Shown one piece after another: positions 40,891-50,775 of a DNA stretch of 64,000 nt. This stretch comes from Lysobacterales bacterium. Its GTDB lineage: Bacteria; Pseudomonadota; Gammaproteobacteria; Xanthomonadales; SZUA-5. The stretch's first letter is position 1. Every line of letters starts with the position of its first letter. Below the pieces are notes generated by a model that worked only from the letters and a program-made list of their open reading frames with translations, was not told the DNA's origin and did not search any database. A program made the translations under genes and the position numbers. The stretch spans positions 4,407-68,406 of the forward strand of contig JABAQR010000038.1 of the NCBI GenBank assembly GCA_019187485.1, given 5' to 3'.

Positions 40891-41865
40891 TCAGATGCGG
40901 AGCAGCGCCGAACCCCAGGTGAAGCCGCCGCCGAAAGCCTCCAGCAGCAGCAACTGGCCGGGCTTGATCTGGCCGCTGTGAACACCGTGGTCGAGCGCGA
41001 GCGGCACCGAGCCGGAGGAGGTGTTGCCGTGCTTGTTCACGGTCACGATCACCCGTTCCATCGGCATGTCGAGGTGCTTGGCGGTGGCCGAGATGATGCG
41101 CAGGTTGGCCTGGTGCGGTACCAGCCAGTCGATCGCGTCCTTGGACAAGCCGTTGTGCGCGAGGGTCTCGTCGACGATCCGCGAGAGCGTACGCACCGCG
41201 ACGCGGAAGACCTCATTGCCGCTCATCAGCACGCGCACGCCGTGGTTCGGCTCGTCCTTGAAGCCACGCGAGACGCCGACCGGGTTGTGCAGCAGGTTCT
41301 GGTACTGGCCGTCGGCGTGGATGTGCGTGGAGATCACGCCGGGCGCGTTGTCGGCGCGCAGCACCACCGCGCCGGCGCCGTCGCCGAACAGCACGCAAGT
41401 GCCGCGGTCGGACCAGTCGAGCATGCGCGACAGGGTCTCGGCGCCGATGACGAGCGCGGTGCGCGCGGCGCCGGTGCGCACGAACTTGTCGGCGATCGAC
41501 AACGCGTACAGGAAGCCGGTGCAGGCGGCGTTGACGTCGAAGGCCGGGCAGTCCTTCGCGCCGAGGCGGTGCTGGACCAGGCAGGCAGTGCTCGGGAAGA
41601 TCACGTCCGGCGTGGTCGTGCCGACGATGATCAGGTCCAGTTCGGACGCGGGAACACCGGCGGCCGCAAGCGCCTTCTCGGCGGCGGCCACGGCCAGGTC
41701 GCTGGTGTACTCACCGTCGGCAGCGATGTGCCGCTGCTCGATGCCCGTACGCTCGCGTATCCACTGGTCGGTGGTCTCTACCCGCTTCTCCAACTCGGCG
41801 TTGGTGAGGATGGTGGCCGGCAGATGGCTGCCGGTCCCGATGATCCGGGCAGAGATCGAACTCAT
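40891..41865 (-). CDS. fabH: 3-oxoacyl-ACP synthase III
   Basis: 324 aa with the NAACTGF active-site Cys and HQANLRI and GNTSSGS motifs. Confidence 0.95.
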   Translation of the reverse strand: MSSISARIIGTGSHLPATILTNAELEKRVETTDQWIRERTGIEQRHIAADGEYTSDLAVAAAEKALAAAGVPASELDLIIVGTTTPDVIFPSTACLVQHRLGAKDCPAFDVNAACTGFLYALSIADKFVRTGAARTALVIGAETLSRMLDWSDRGTCVLFGDGAGAVVLRADNAPGVISTHIHADGQYQNLLHNPVGVSRGFKDEPNHGVRVLMSGNEVFRVAVRTLSRIVDETLAHNGLSKDAIDWLVPHQANLRIISATAKHLDMPMERVIVTVNKHGNTSSGSVPLALDHGVHSGQIKPGQLLLLEAFGGGFTWGSALLRI

Positions 41866-41922
41866 GCAGTGGCGCTCGTCCTGGGCTCGGGACCGCTGCG
41901 GGTCCCGCGGGCGGGCAGGCTA

Positions 41923-42123
41923 TCAGCCTTCGGCGGCTTCGACTTCGACGACCTTGCGCTCGATCACCTTGCGGCCGCGGTAATAGCCGTCCTTGGTGAT
42001 GTGGTGGCGCAGGTGGGTCTCGCCGCTGGTCTGGTCGACCGACACGGTCGCCGCGCTCAGCGCGTCGTGGGAACGGCGCATGCCGCGGCGGGAGGGCGTC
42101 TTGCGACTCTTCTGAACGGCCAT
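41923..42123 (-). CDS. rpmF: 50S ribosomal protein L32
   Basis: [22 protein letters not shown]; 66 aa. Confidence 0.93.
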   Translation of the reverse strand: MAVQKSRKTPSRRGMRRSHDALSAATVSVDQTSGETHLRHHITKDGYYRGRKVIERKVVEVEAAEG

Positions 42124-42139
42124 GTCTGTTGCAACTCCT

Positions 42140-42652
42140 TCAAATATTTCTACTTTCGCGCTTGAACCCGGCCAGCGCCGCGAACGGATGCGGCCGCTCT
42201 TCCTCTACTGCCGGCGCAGGCGCCGGAGCGTTCACTTCGACGCCGGGCTTGCGCGCGATCACCGGCACCGCAAGGATCAACTCGTCCTCCAGCAATGCCA
42301 GTGGATCGACCAGACCCGCGTCCATCAGCGCCGCCTCGAAGCCTTCCGGAAGTCCGGCTTCGTCGGCCTCGTCGGCGATCAGCCCGAGACGCACATCCAC
42401 TCTCACCGGCAACTCGAATCGATCCAGCGTGGTCTGGCAGACCAACGGCAACGCAGCGTCCGCCTGCAGCGTCGCCATTCGCTGGCCGATCTCATTGCGT
42501 CCGAATTTCAGCTCGAAACGCAATTCGCCGCGGGTGTCCGCCAACAAGCCAGCCAGCCGCTCGAAAACGGACAGCGGAACGCTACCGGAATAGACCCGAC
42601 CCGTCGCCACCGCGCGTTCGACATCCACTCGCTCGGGCAATGGCGCATGCAT
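42140..42652 (-). CDS. yceD: DUF177 protein YceD
   Basis: 170 aa, acidic, located upstream of rpmF in the conserved yceD-rpmF-fab arrangement. Confidence 0.85.
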   Translation of the reverse strand: MHAPLPERVDVERAVATGRVYSGSVPLSVFERLAGLLADTRGELRFELKFGRNEIGQRMATLQADAALPLVCQTTLDRFELPVRVDVRLGLIADEADEAGLPEGFEAALMDAGLVDPLALLEDELILAVPVIARKPGVEVNAPAPAPAVEEERPHPFAALAGFKRESRNI

Positions 42653-42878
42653 AGCCTTGGGATCGTAGTGGGAATGGTTGCCTATGTCAATGCCTGCTTG
42701 TCCCGCGCATGCACAGTCCCGACCAGAGGGCGCATGACGTTATGCTGCGTACGCCCGCGGGCACGCCAAACCGGGCGCGGGGCACGGGAACTGCTGGCGC
42801 AATCGAGGGCCACGGCAAGTCCGCGACCCATCCCGGGCCTCGTCCTCTGCGCCCCCGCTGCATTCGGAGGGTTCACGC

Positions 42879-43469
42879 ATGCACCATTTGCTCCGCCTTG
42901 CCCTGCTTTGCGCCGCACTGCTGCTGATCGCATGCGGCTCCACCTCGGGCCTGCGCACCGAGTCCGCCGCCGCGCGCAAGCAGATCGGCGACTACACCCG
43001 CGTCGAGGTGGCCGATTTCGCGGTGACCGCGACCAAGGACACCAAGGACGACCACGAGGCGCAGGCGAAGTACCAGGCGCAACTGGCCGAGGCGCGCGCG
43101 CGCATCGCCGACCTGATCGCCAAGGAGATCGAGGAGCGGGCGGCCTTCGACGAAGTCAGCCGTGCCGCGCTCGAAGGCACCGCGCTGCGCGTGACCGGCA
43201 CCATCACCCGCTACGAGGAAGGCAACGTCGTCGCGCGTATGGCCACCGGCTTCGTCGGCCAGGCCCACTTCGAGGCCACCGTGACCGTCTCCGACCGCGA
43301 GAGCGGCGAGGTCCTCGGCAATTTCGTGATCGACCGCAACAGCTGGCCGCTGCCGATCGGCGCCTCCAGCAACGCGGTCCAGAACGTCGGCATGTTCATG
43401 TCCGGCGCCGCCAAGCGCATCGCCGACGAGCTGGCGGTGGCGAGGGGGAAGAAGTCGGCGCGGAAGTAG
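42879..43469 (+). CDS. DUF4410-like lipoprotein
   Basis: MHHLLRLALLCAALLLIAC lipobox; 196 aa. Confidence 0.7.
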   Translation: MHHLLRLALLCAALLLIACGSTSGLRTESAAARKQIGDYTRVEVADFAVTATKDTKDDHEAQAKYQAQLAEARARIADLIAKEIEERAAFDEVSRAALEGTALRVTGTITRYEEGNVVARMATGFVGQAHFEATVTVSDRESGEVLGNFVIDRNSWPLPIGASSNAVQNVGMFMSGAAKRIADELAVARGKKSARK

Positions 43470-43481
43470 CTGAAAGGGAAG

Positions 43482-43617
43482 GAGCGGGGCTGGGGGCTGG
43501 GGGCTGGGCGCATTGTTAGAGTCCGCCGGATTCCTGCGGCTTTTCTGGCAAGCGCCAGCGTTCACTGACCGGTAGCCGACGTCCACCGCGCACACGCCCC
43601 AACCCCCAACCCCGCTC
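43482..43617. repeat. Palindromic intergenic element with GCTGGGG / CCCCAAC tandem arms
   Basis: The left arm is GAGCGGGGCTGGGGGCTGGGGGCTGGGCG (43482-43510). The right arm is CGCCCCAACCCCCAACCCCGCTC (43595-43617). The core is 84 bp. The element starts 12 nt after the preceding stop codon. Confidence 0.93.
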
Positions 43618-43631
43618 TTTCATTGCTCCCC

Positions 43632-45935
43632 ATGCCCAACCTCCTCCTCACCGACTGCCTGCAGCACGATTTCGTCGGCCCGATCGGGCGCTTCCAGAGC
43701 CTGCCGAATGCGCTGCACGTGGGCCATGAGGAATCGCGCCGGCTGCTCGGGCCGGACCCGGCGCAGGGGCCGGTGGCGCAACTGGCGGCGTGGGCGCACG
43801 CGCGACCGGACAGCGAACTCCGGGTTATCCACATCCGCGACTGGCACGATGCCACGGTGCCGGCGCAGCGCGAGCACCTGGCGCGCTTCGGCAGCCATTG
43901 CCTGGCCGGCAGCGCGGGCGCGGAATTCGTGTTCCGCAGCGACGACATCGCGGCCGGCAAGCAGGTCGACCTCGTCGATGCGACGGTGCTCAGCAACTTC
44001 GTCGACACCCGACTGCCGGAACTGCTCGCGCGCCATCGCGGGCAGGCCCTGCGCGTCGGCCTCGCCGGCGTCTGGACCGAGGCCAAGATCAGCTTCCTCG
44101 CCTACGATTTGCGCACGCACTTCCCGGAGTTCGAGATCGCGGTCTGCTCGGCGCTGACCGCCTCGTCCTCGCGCGCGAACCACTTCCTCGCGCTGACGCA
44201 ACTGACGCGCATCCTCGGCGTGCGCGTGATCGATTCGCTCGGCGAGTTCATCGAGTACCTCGGCGGAGCGCGCGCCGACCTGCCGCTGATCGGATTCAAT
44301 GCCACCCAGCCGCAACTGGAGGCGCGCGACGCCACCTCGCTGGACCCGGCCGACGCGCAACTGCTGCGCTACCTGTTCCGCGGCTCGCGGCTGGTGCGCT
44401 ACCGCGCGCTCGACGGCGGCTTTTCCGGCAACCGCGTGCTCGACACCGAGAGCGTCGACCTGCACGGCCACGAGGAAGTCCCGCACGTGGTCAAGATCGG
44501 CCCGCAGGGGCCGATGGGTCAGGAACGCGCAGCTTTCGAGCGCATCGAGTCGGTGCTCGGCAACAGCGCGCCGCGGATCGCCGATTTCGCCGACTTCGCC
44601 GACCGCGGCGGCATCAAGTACCGCTACGCGGCGATGGGCCGCGGCGGCTCGCGCTCGCTGCAGAAGCTCTACCAGCGCGGCGAGGACGAGGCCGAAATCG
44701 CACGCGTGCTGCAGCAGGTCTTCGGCGAGCAGTTGGGTCGCCTGTATGCAGCCGCCAGCCCGGAACGCACCGACCTGCTCGATTACTACGACTTCCAGCC
44801 GAAGTGGGCCGCCGGCGTGCGTCGGCGCGTCGCCGCGCTGACCGGCGGCGATGGCAGCGGCGAGGAGCTGCGCTTCGCCGGCGGGCGCGTGCTGCCGCAC
44901 GTCGGCCTGTTCTACGAGCGCGAACTGACGCGCCTGCCGCGGCTGGCGCGCGCGCACTACTTCGCCTGGGTCCACGGCGACTTGAACGGCGCCAACATCC
45001 TGGTCGATGCACCCGGCAACGTGTGGATGATCGACTTCTTCCACGCGCACCGCGGGCATGTGCTGCGCGACCTGGTCAAGCTCGAGAACGATCTGCTCTA
45101 CATCTGGACGCCACTCGATGAAGCCGAGCTGCCGCAGGCGCTCGACTTCACCGATCGGCTCTTGCAGGAAGCGGACCTCGGGCGCCCGCCCGCGCCGGAA
45201 GACGCCAGCCAGTTCGCGCTGCCGCAACTGCAGCGCGCCTGGCGCACGCTGTGCAAGTTGCGCAGCTTCTACCCGCCGCTGATCCAGGCCGACCGCGACG
45301 CCCAGCAACTGCTGATCGCGCAGATTCGCTACGCCGTGCACACGCTCGGCTTCGACGAATGCACCGACGTGCAGAAGCGCTGGGCGCTGTACACCGCGGC
45401 GGCGGCGATCGAGCGCTACAGCGAGCTGTGCGAGCGCAACGGCCCGCTGCGCGTGGACTGGCTGGCGGCGACCGACGCCGTGCCGGCGCGCGTCGGCCTG
45501 ACTCTGTTGCCCGGACGCCGCGACCTCGGCCGCGAACTCGACAGCGACCTCGCTTCGCTGCGCGAACAGGGCGTCGATGCGGTGCTGTGCCTGCTCGCCA
45601 GCGACGAGTTCGTGCACTACGGCGTCGAATCGTTGATGGCGGCGTACGCGCGGGCCGGTTTCGCCTCGTTGCACCAGCCGATCGTCGATGGCCGCGTGCC
45701 CGCGCACGCGGAGCTGCAGCGCGCGCTCGACTTCATCGACACCCAGCGCGCGCAGGGGAGCGATGTACTGATCCACTGCGTCGGCGGCCTCGGCCGCGCC
45801 GGCACCATCGCCGCAGCCTGGCTGGTGCGCCACGGCCGCAGCCCCGCGCAGGCCATCGCCGAAATCCGCGCCACGCGCTCGCCACGGGCGATCGAGACCG
45901 CTTTGCAGGAGGCGTTCCTGGCCGAACTGGCGTAA
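43632..45935 (+). CDS. Tri-domain protein: nicotinamidase/isochorismatase-like (catalytic Cys absent), APH-type phosphotransferase and CX5R Cys-phosphatase
   Basis: ATG at 43632 (a TTG lies at 43623). The N-terminal domain shows LLLTDCLQHDF, IRDWHD and FGSHCLAGSAGAEF, as in PncA, but GVWTEAKISF where PncA has GLATDYCV. The middle domain shows GGFSGNRV, VVKIG and WVHGDLNGANILVD..WMIDF. The C-terminal domain shows VLIHCVGGLGRAGT. Confidence 0.85.
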   Translation: MPNLLLTDCLQHDFVGPIGRFQSLPNALHVGHEESRRLLGPDPAQGPVAQLAAWAHARPDSELRVIHIRDWHDATVPAQREHLARFGSHCLAGSAGAEFVFRSDDIAAGKQVDLVDATVLSNFVDTRLPELLARHRGQALRVGLAGVWTEAKISFLAYDLRTHFPEFEIAVCSALTASSSRANHFLALTQLTRILGVRVIDSLGEFIEYLGGARADLPLIGFNATQPQLEARDATSLDPADAQLLRYLFRGSRLVRYRALDGGFSGNRVLDTESVDLHGHEEVPHVVKIGPQGPMGQERAAFERIESVLGNSAPRIADFADFADRGGIKYRYAAMGRGGSRSLQKLYQRGEDEAEIARVLQQVFGEQLGRLYAAASPERTDLLDYYDFQPKWAAGVRRRVAALTGGDGSGEELRFAGGRVLPHVGLFYERELTRLPRLARAHYFAWVHGDLNGANILVDAPGNVWMIDFFHAHRGHVLRDLVKLENDLLYIWTPLDEAELPQALDFTDRLLQEADLGRPPAPEDASQFALPQLQRAWRTLCKLRSFYPPLIQADRDAQQLLIAQIRYAVHTLGFDECTDVQKRWALYTAAAAIERYSELCERNGPLRVDWLAATDAVPARVGLTLLPGRRDLGRELDSDLASLREQGVDAVLCLLASDEFVHYGVESLMAAYARAGFASLHQPIVDGRVPAHAELQRALDFIDTQRAQGSDVLIHCVGGLGRAGTIAAAWLVRHGRSPAQAIAEIRATRSPRAIETALQEAFLAELA

Positions 45936-46033
45936 AGCCGGAACCGACACCCCCACGGCGCGCCGTCGCAGCGATGCACGCGGCGCGGCACTCCGCGGAA
46001 GCTCACCGGCAACCCGCGGCGGCTCCCGGCGGG

Positions 46034-47197
46034 TTATTCGAAACCGTTGCGCAGCAACAGATCGGCAAGCACTTCCGGCATGTGCATGACGATGCAGTGG
46101 ATCGCGCCCGAGAGACCGATGATGGAAGAGCAGTTGATCGGCACGATGGTGCGCGACGGGAAGGCCTGTTGAAACACGGCCAGCGCGTTCGCGTTCTCGG
46201 CGGCGTAGCCGTTGAACTGGCAGGTCAGCACGGTGTTGTTGAGAATCACCGCGTTGGCGTAGGTGTAGTGCGCACTGGTGCGCCAGCCGCCGATGCGCAG
46301 CACGGTCTTGCCGCGGCTGGCCAGCAGCGTCGCGGTGGCCTCGGTCACTTCGCGCGGAACCGTGTAGATGCCTCCGGTATTCGGGTACTCGTTGACGATC
46401 ACGCGGTTGCCGTCGGCCGGCAGCATCCACATGTCGATGTGCTGGGTGGAATCGAAACTCTGCGGCAACGGATCGGTCAGGGTGACGTCGAGGCCCTGGT
46501 AGGCAAGGTAGTAGTCGCGGATCTGCTGCTCGCTGAGCGAGGGATTCTCGTTGGCGATCAGGCGCGTCATGTAGGCGCTGCCATCGGCGAACAGGTGGAA
46601 GTTGCCGCCGCCGTGGGTGAGCGGGATGTCGAACTTGGTCTCTCCGGTGTGCTGCGCCACCAACCCGGGCACCACATCGTCCAGCGGTCGCGGCCGGTTG
46701 TAGACGTGGTCGACCATCGAGCGCCGGCCGTTCTCGACGATGTAGCGTGGACCGTAGTCGCGTATCCACACGCTGCCGCTCGGCCCGACGATGAACTGCA
46801 CACGCGACATGTTGGTACCAGCGTTCGCGAGGGTGGTGGCCGCGGAAGCCTGCAAGCTGCTCGACACGACGACGTACAGCGTCATGTCGGGTTCGTTGTT
46901 GGTCATCGCCACCGCCATCTCGGTCAGCAGCGCGTTCTGCGAACCCCAGCGGATCAGCAGGCCGTCGTTGCGCTCGTACTCGGCGGGCGTATCCACACTG
47001 CCGGTCGGCGGCACCAGCGGCATCCGCGACAGGTCCGGCAGCCGCCAGCGCGCACGCTCCTCCGGGGTGAATCCACGCGGCAGGGTCGGCTCGTCGTCCT
47101 TGATCGTCGCGAGGTAGGCCGGATCGGCGAGACGGAGTTCGGCGGCGAACAACGGTGCCGCCAGCATGGTGAGCAGCAGGGTAGCGACGGCTTTCAA
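46034..47197 (-). CDS. Secreted agmatine deiminase / peptidyl-arginine deiminase family protein
   Basis: The TTG at 47197 has GGAG 7 nt upstream and gives the signal peptide LKAVATLLLTMLAAPLFA. Motifs GGGNFH, HIDMW and GAIHCIVMH (catalytic Cys) are present. The upstream 737 codons of the track ORF are a shadow over tkt. Confidence 0.8.
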   Translation of the reverse strand: MKAVATLLLTMLAAPLFAAELRLADPAYLATIKDDEPTLPRGFTPEERARWRLPDLSRMPLVPPTGSVDTPAEYERNDGLLIRWGSQNALLTEMAVAMTNNEPDMTLYVVVSSSLQASAATTLANAGTNMSRVQFIVGPSGSVWIRDYGPRYIVENGRRSMVDHVYNRPRPLDDVVPGLVAQHTGETKFDIPLTHGGGNFHLFADGSAYMTRLIANENPSLSEQQIRDYYLAYQGLDVTLTDPLPQSFDSTQHIDMWMLPADGNRVIVNEYPNTGGIYTVPREVTEATATLLASRGKTVLRIGGWRTSAHYTYANAVILNNTVLTCQFNGYAAENANALAVFQQAFPSRTIVPINCSSIIGLSGAIHCIVMHMPEVLADLLLRNGFE

Positions 47198-47241
47198 GAT
47201 CGACTCCGGAATAAGAGCAGGTCGCGACGCATCCACGGCAC

Positions 47242-49245
47242 CTACGCGAGCAGTCGGCGCACGCTCGCGGCGATGCGCTCGGCGGTGAAGCCGAAATGCG
47301 GGTACAGCACCTTGTCCGGCGCCGAGGCGCCGAAGCGGTCGAGGCCGATGACGTCGCCGTCCAGCCCGACGTAGCGGTACCAGTAGCCGGACACGCCCGC
47401 CTCCACCGCGACGCGCCGGCGGCACCAGCCGGGCAGCACCGATTCGCGGTATTCGATCGGCTGGGCGTCGAAAGCCTCGGCGCAGGGCATCGACACCACA
47501 CGGATCGCGCGGCCCTCGGCGGCGAGTGCGCGCGCGGCCTGCATGCACAGCTCCAGTTCCGAGCCGGTGCCGATCAGGATCGCGTCGACCTGGTCGCTGG
47601 CGGTGTCCAGCAGCACGTAGCCGCCGCGCGCGATCGCCGCGATCTGCTCGGGCGTGCGCATCTGGTGCGCGAGGTTCTGGCGCGAGAAGGCCAGGCAGGA
47701 GGGGCCATCGCGGCGCTCCAGCGCACATTTCCACGCGACCGCCGATTCGACCGCGTCGGCCGGGCGCCACACGCGGTTGTTCGGGATGTAGCGCAGGCTC
47801 GCGAGGTGCTCGACCGGCTGGTGCGTGGGGCCGTCCTCGCCGAGGCCGATCGAGTCGTGCGTGTACACGTGCACCACGCGCGCGTGCATCAGCGCGCTCA
47901 TCCGCACCGCGTTGCGCGCGTAGTCGGAAAACACCAGGAAGGTCGCGGTGAACGGCAGCACGCCGCCGTGCAGCGCGAGGCCGTTGGCGATCGCGCTCAT
48001 GCCGAATTCGCGCACGCCGAAGTAGATGTAGTTGCCGCCGTCTTCGGCGCTGCGCACATCGCGGCTGGCCTGGACGATCGAGTAGTTCGAATGCGCGAGG
48101 TCCGCAGAACCACCGACGAGTTCCGGCATGGCCGGCACCAGCACCTCGAGCGCGCGTTGGCTGGCCTTGCGCGAGGCGATCGTCGCGCCGTCGCGGTCGA
48201 AGTCGGCGATCAGCTGGTCGATCGCCGCGAGGGCCTCGGCGGGCAGGTCGCCGCGCATGCGTCGATCGAACTCGGCCGCGAGCTGCGGGTGCTCGTTGCG
48301 GTAGGCGGCGTACAGCGACTCCCAGTCGCGCTGCCAGCCGGCACCGGCGACGCGCGCGTCCCATTCGCCGCGGATCTCGGCCGGGATCTCGAAGGGCGCG
48401 TGCGACCATCCGAGGTGCGCACGAGCGGCGGCGATCTCGTCCTTGCCGAGCGGCGCGCCGTGCGTGGACTCGCTGCCCTGCTTGTTCGGCGCGCCGTAGC
48501 CGATCACGGTCTTGCAGCAGATCAGTGTGGGCTTGTCGGGATCGGCGGCGGCGCTGACCAGCGCGGCCTTGATCGCCTCCGGGTTGTGGCCGTCGATGTC
48601 CGGGATCACCTCCCAGCCGTAGGCCTCGAAGCGGCGCGGCGTGTCGTCGCTGAACCAGCCCTGCACCTGGCCGTCGATCGAGATGCCGTTGTCGTCGTAG
48701 AGCACGACCAGCTTGCCGAGCTTCAAGGTTCCGGCCAGCGAGGCGACTTCGTGCGAGATGCCCTCCATCAGGCAGCCGTCGCCGGCGAACACGTAAGTGT
48801 AGTGATCGACGAGGTTGTAGCCCGGGCGGTTGAATCGCCGGGCGAGGATTTTCTCGGCGAGCGCCATGCCGACCGCATTCGCGAGGCCCTGTCCGAGCGG
48901 TCCGGTGGTGGTCTCGATGCCCGGGGTCTCGTGCACTTCGGGGTGGCCCGGGGTCTTCGAGTGCAACTGACGGAAGCGCTTGAGTTCCTCGATCGACAAC
49001 TCGTAGCCGCTCAGGTGCAGCAGCGCGTAGTGCAGCATGGAGCCGTGGCCGTTGCTGAGCACGAAGCGGTCGCGGTTGCACCAGCGCGGATCGGCGGGAT
49101 TGTGCCGCAGGAAGTCGTTCCACAGCACTTCGGCGATGTCGGCCATGCCCATCGGCATGCCCGGGTGGCCGGAATTGGCCTGCTGCACGGCATCCATCGC
49201 CAGCGCCCGCACGGCATTGGCCAGATCGCGTCGGCTCGGCTTCAT
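47242..49245 (-). CDS. tkt: Transketolase
   Basis: The ATG at 49245 gives [38 protein letters not shown]. The sequence is transketolase-like over its full length. Confidence 0.96.
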   Translation of the reverse strand: MKPSRRDLANAVRALAMDAVQQANSGHPGMPMGMADIAEVLWNDFLRHNPADPRWCNRDRFVLSNGHGSMLHYALLHLSGYELSIEELKRFRQLHSKTPGHPEVHETPGIETTTGPLGQGLANAVGMALAEKILARRFNRPGYNLVDHYTYVFAGDGCLMEGISHEVASLAGTLKLGKLVVLYDDNGISIDGQVQGWFSDDTPRRFEAYGWEVIPDIDGHNPEAIKAALVSAAADPDKPTLICCKTVIGYGAPNKQGSESTHGAPLGKDEIAAARAHLGWSHAPFEIPAEIRGEWDARVAGAGWQRDWESLYAAYRNEHPQLAAEFDRRMRGDLPAEALAAIDQLIADFDRDGATIASRKASQRALEVLVPAMPELVGGSADLAHSNYSIVQASRDVRSAEDGGNYIYFGVREFGMSAIANGLALHGGVLPFTATFLVFSDYARNAVRMSALMHARVVHVYTHDSIGLGEDGPTHQPVEHLASLRYIPNNRVWRPADAVESAVAWKCALERRDGPSCLAFSRQNLAHQMRTPEQIAAIARGGYVLLDTASDQVDAILIGTGSELELCMQAARALAAEGRAIRVVSMPCAEAFDAQPIEYRESVLPGWCRRRVAVEAGVSGYWYRYVGLDGDVIGLDRFGASAPDKVLYPHFGFTAERIAASVRRLLA

Positions 49246-49425
49246 CGAAACTCCAGGGGGCGAAAAAGCTGGGGGCGGATTCTGCCGGATGCGGCGGCGG
49301 CTGTCCTTGACTGCGTGAGTGGCCGCGCAGCCTCGGGCTGCGACGGCGGTCACGCGACGCATGCCGGGCGCTTGCCGCGCGAGGCCGCCCGCGTACAATC
49401 GCGCGCACTCGAAGGCGCCTGAAGA

Positions 49426-50502
49426 ATGTCCGCCAAGCTCTTGAGCCTATTGCAAGCGAACGCCGCGGGCCTGTGGCTCGCGGCCTTGCTGCTTGCGCTC
49501 GGCTTCCGCCGCAACCGCTATGCGCTGGTGCTCATGGCGCTCGGGGTTCCCTTGTTGCAGGAGCGAGCCGAGTCCGCCGTGCTGCTCGGTTCTGCGGCGC
49601 TGGCGGCCGTGGCATCCCTGCTGCCGGAACCGCCCTTGCGTTCGCTGCGCGCGCTGTTCCTGTTGACGCTGGCGCTTTCGCTGCCCTGGTGGCCCGAACG
49701 CGCGTCCGCCTTCACCGGTTGGCTGGCGCAAGCCGCGCAATGGCGCTCGCCGGAGCCACTCGCGTTGCCCGCCGCCGCCTGGCTCTCGCTGGTGGCCGCG
49801 GCGAGTGCCCTGCTGCGCTGGCTGCGGCAGGGCTGGCCGCTGGACCTGTACCTCGCGCTCGCCTTGATCCCGGCGACTTGCGGTTTTGCGGTCGCGACGC
49901 CGGGCGACGCGGTCGCCTGGCTGGCGGCGGCCGCGGCCGCGATCGGCATCGGCGTGCTCTACGGTGCCTACTCGATGGCCTTCATCGACGCCCTGACCGG
50001 CCTGCCCAACCGTCGCGCCCTCGACGAACGCCTGGCGCGCAGCCACGGCCGGATCGCGGTCGCGATGGTCGACGTCGACCACTTCAAGCGTTTCAACGAC
50101 CGCCACGGACACGAAACCGGCGACCGCGTGCTGCGCGCGGTCGCGCGCCAGTTGCGCCGATGCGCCGGAGGCGATGCCTACCGCTACGGCGGCGAGGAAT
50201 TCGCGATCGTGTTCGAGGGTCGTGCGGTGGAGCGCGCGAGCGAGTCGCTCGAGCGCGTGCGCGAGCAGGTCGAGGCGCAACGGGTGCGCTTGAAAGCCGG
50301 TGGTGGACGCCGCGCGCAAGCGGTACGCCGCGGCCAGGCCGAAGGCGAGGTCGGGGTGACCGTCAGCATCGGCATGGCCGAGCGCGATCCGGAGCGACGC
50401 ACGTCGGCGGCGGTCGTGGATGCCGCCGACAAGGCGCTTTACCGTTCCAAGCAGCGCGGACGCAACCGCCTGACGCTCGCCGGCGCGGCTCGCGCGGCGT
50501 GA
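49426..50502 (+). CDS. Membrane-bound diguanylate cyclase (GGDEF)
   Basis: About 170 aa of hydrophobic helices precede a GGDEF domain with an intact [11 protein letters not shown] motif. Confidence 0.88.
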   Translation: MSAKLLSLLQANAAGLWLAALLLALGFRRNRYALVLMALGVPLLQERAESAVLLGSAALAAVASLLPEPPLRSLRALFLLTLALSLPWWPERASAFTGWLAQAAQWRSPEPLALPAAAWLSLVAAASALLRWLRQGWPLDLYLALALIPATCGFAVATPGDAVAWLAAAAAAIGIGVLYGAYSMAFIDALTGLPNRRALDERLARSHGRIAVAMVDVDHFKRFNDRHGHETGDRVLRAVARQLRRCAGGDAYRYGGEEFAIVFEGRAVERASESLERVREQVEAQRVRLKAGGGRRAQAVRRGQAEGEVGVTVSIGMAERDPERRTSAAVVDAADKALYRSKQRGRNRLTLAGAARAA

Positions 50503-50583
50503 GCGCTTCCAAGCTGAATCGTGGCCATCCACACGTCGTTGTCCGGCCTTCCTGGCCACGCGCGCTTCATGTTTTCCGTGGAT

Positions 50584-50727
50584 GCTAGTGTGGTGTTCCG
50601 TTGTTAACCTGAACAAAGTTCCGATGGCTTTTGCGTCGAGGCAAGACGCATGGCGACGACGAGCAACGCCGCTTCGGTGGAAAAGGCGCGGAAATAGCTC
50701 AAGGCAATTACGGAACACCACACTAGC
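50584..50727. repeat. 144-bp element closed by perfect 18-bp inverted repeats (candidate structured RNA or MITE)
   Basis: GCTAGTGTGGTGTTCCGT (50584-50601) pairs with ACGGAACACCACACTAGC (50710-50727). The 108-bp interior is visibly less GC-rich than the flanks and contains several small hairpins. The element ends 48 nt upstream of the OMP gene. Confidence 0.85.
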
Positions 50728-50775
50728 CCCGCCCGCACTCCCGTGCGGCGCCCACTCAAGAACTCGAGGTTCCCC

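Noticed and set aside
38395-42165. 1256-aa plus-strand ORF spanning the whole fab cluster
   Set aside because: It is antisense to fabF, acpP, fabG, fabD, fabH and rpmF, each of which has unmistakable catalytic motifs. Its translation is Arg/Ala/Gly/Asp-rich with no motif, the typical high-GC shadow frame.
43620-47501. 1293-aa minus-strand ORF
   Set aside because: It is antisense to the tri-domain gene and out of frame with the deiminase and tkt genes. Its composition is dominated by Arg/Ala/Gly/Pro. It is a shadow ORF.
46034-49408. 1124-aa minus-strand ORF read as a single gene, and similar long N-terminal extensions (2392-3249, 12487-14316, 12627-15389, 25789-27117, 27002-28426, 28544-29524, 32914-34815, 35119-36690, 39196-40740)
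   Set aside because: Only the 3' portions carry family motifs, signal peptides and plausible ribosome-binding sites at internal starts. The 5' portions overlap neighbouring genes in other frames or translate repeat elements.
50616-50622. AAGTTCC (GGAACTT on the minus strand) inside the 144-bp inverted-repeat element as a second sigma-E promoter
   Set aside because: There is no TCnnA -10 element 16-17 nt downstream on that strand, and no gene lies in the appropriate orientation.
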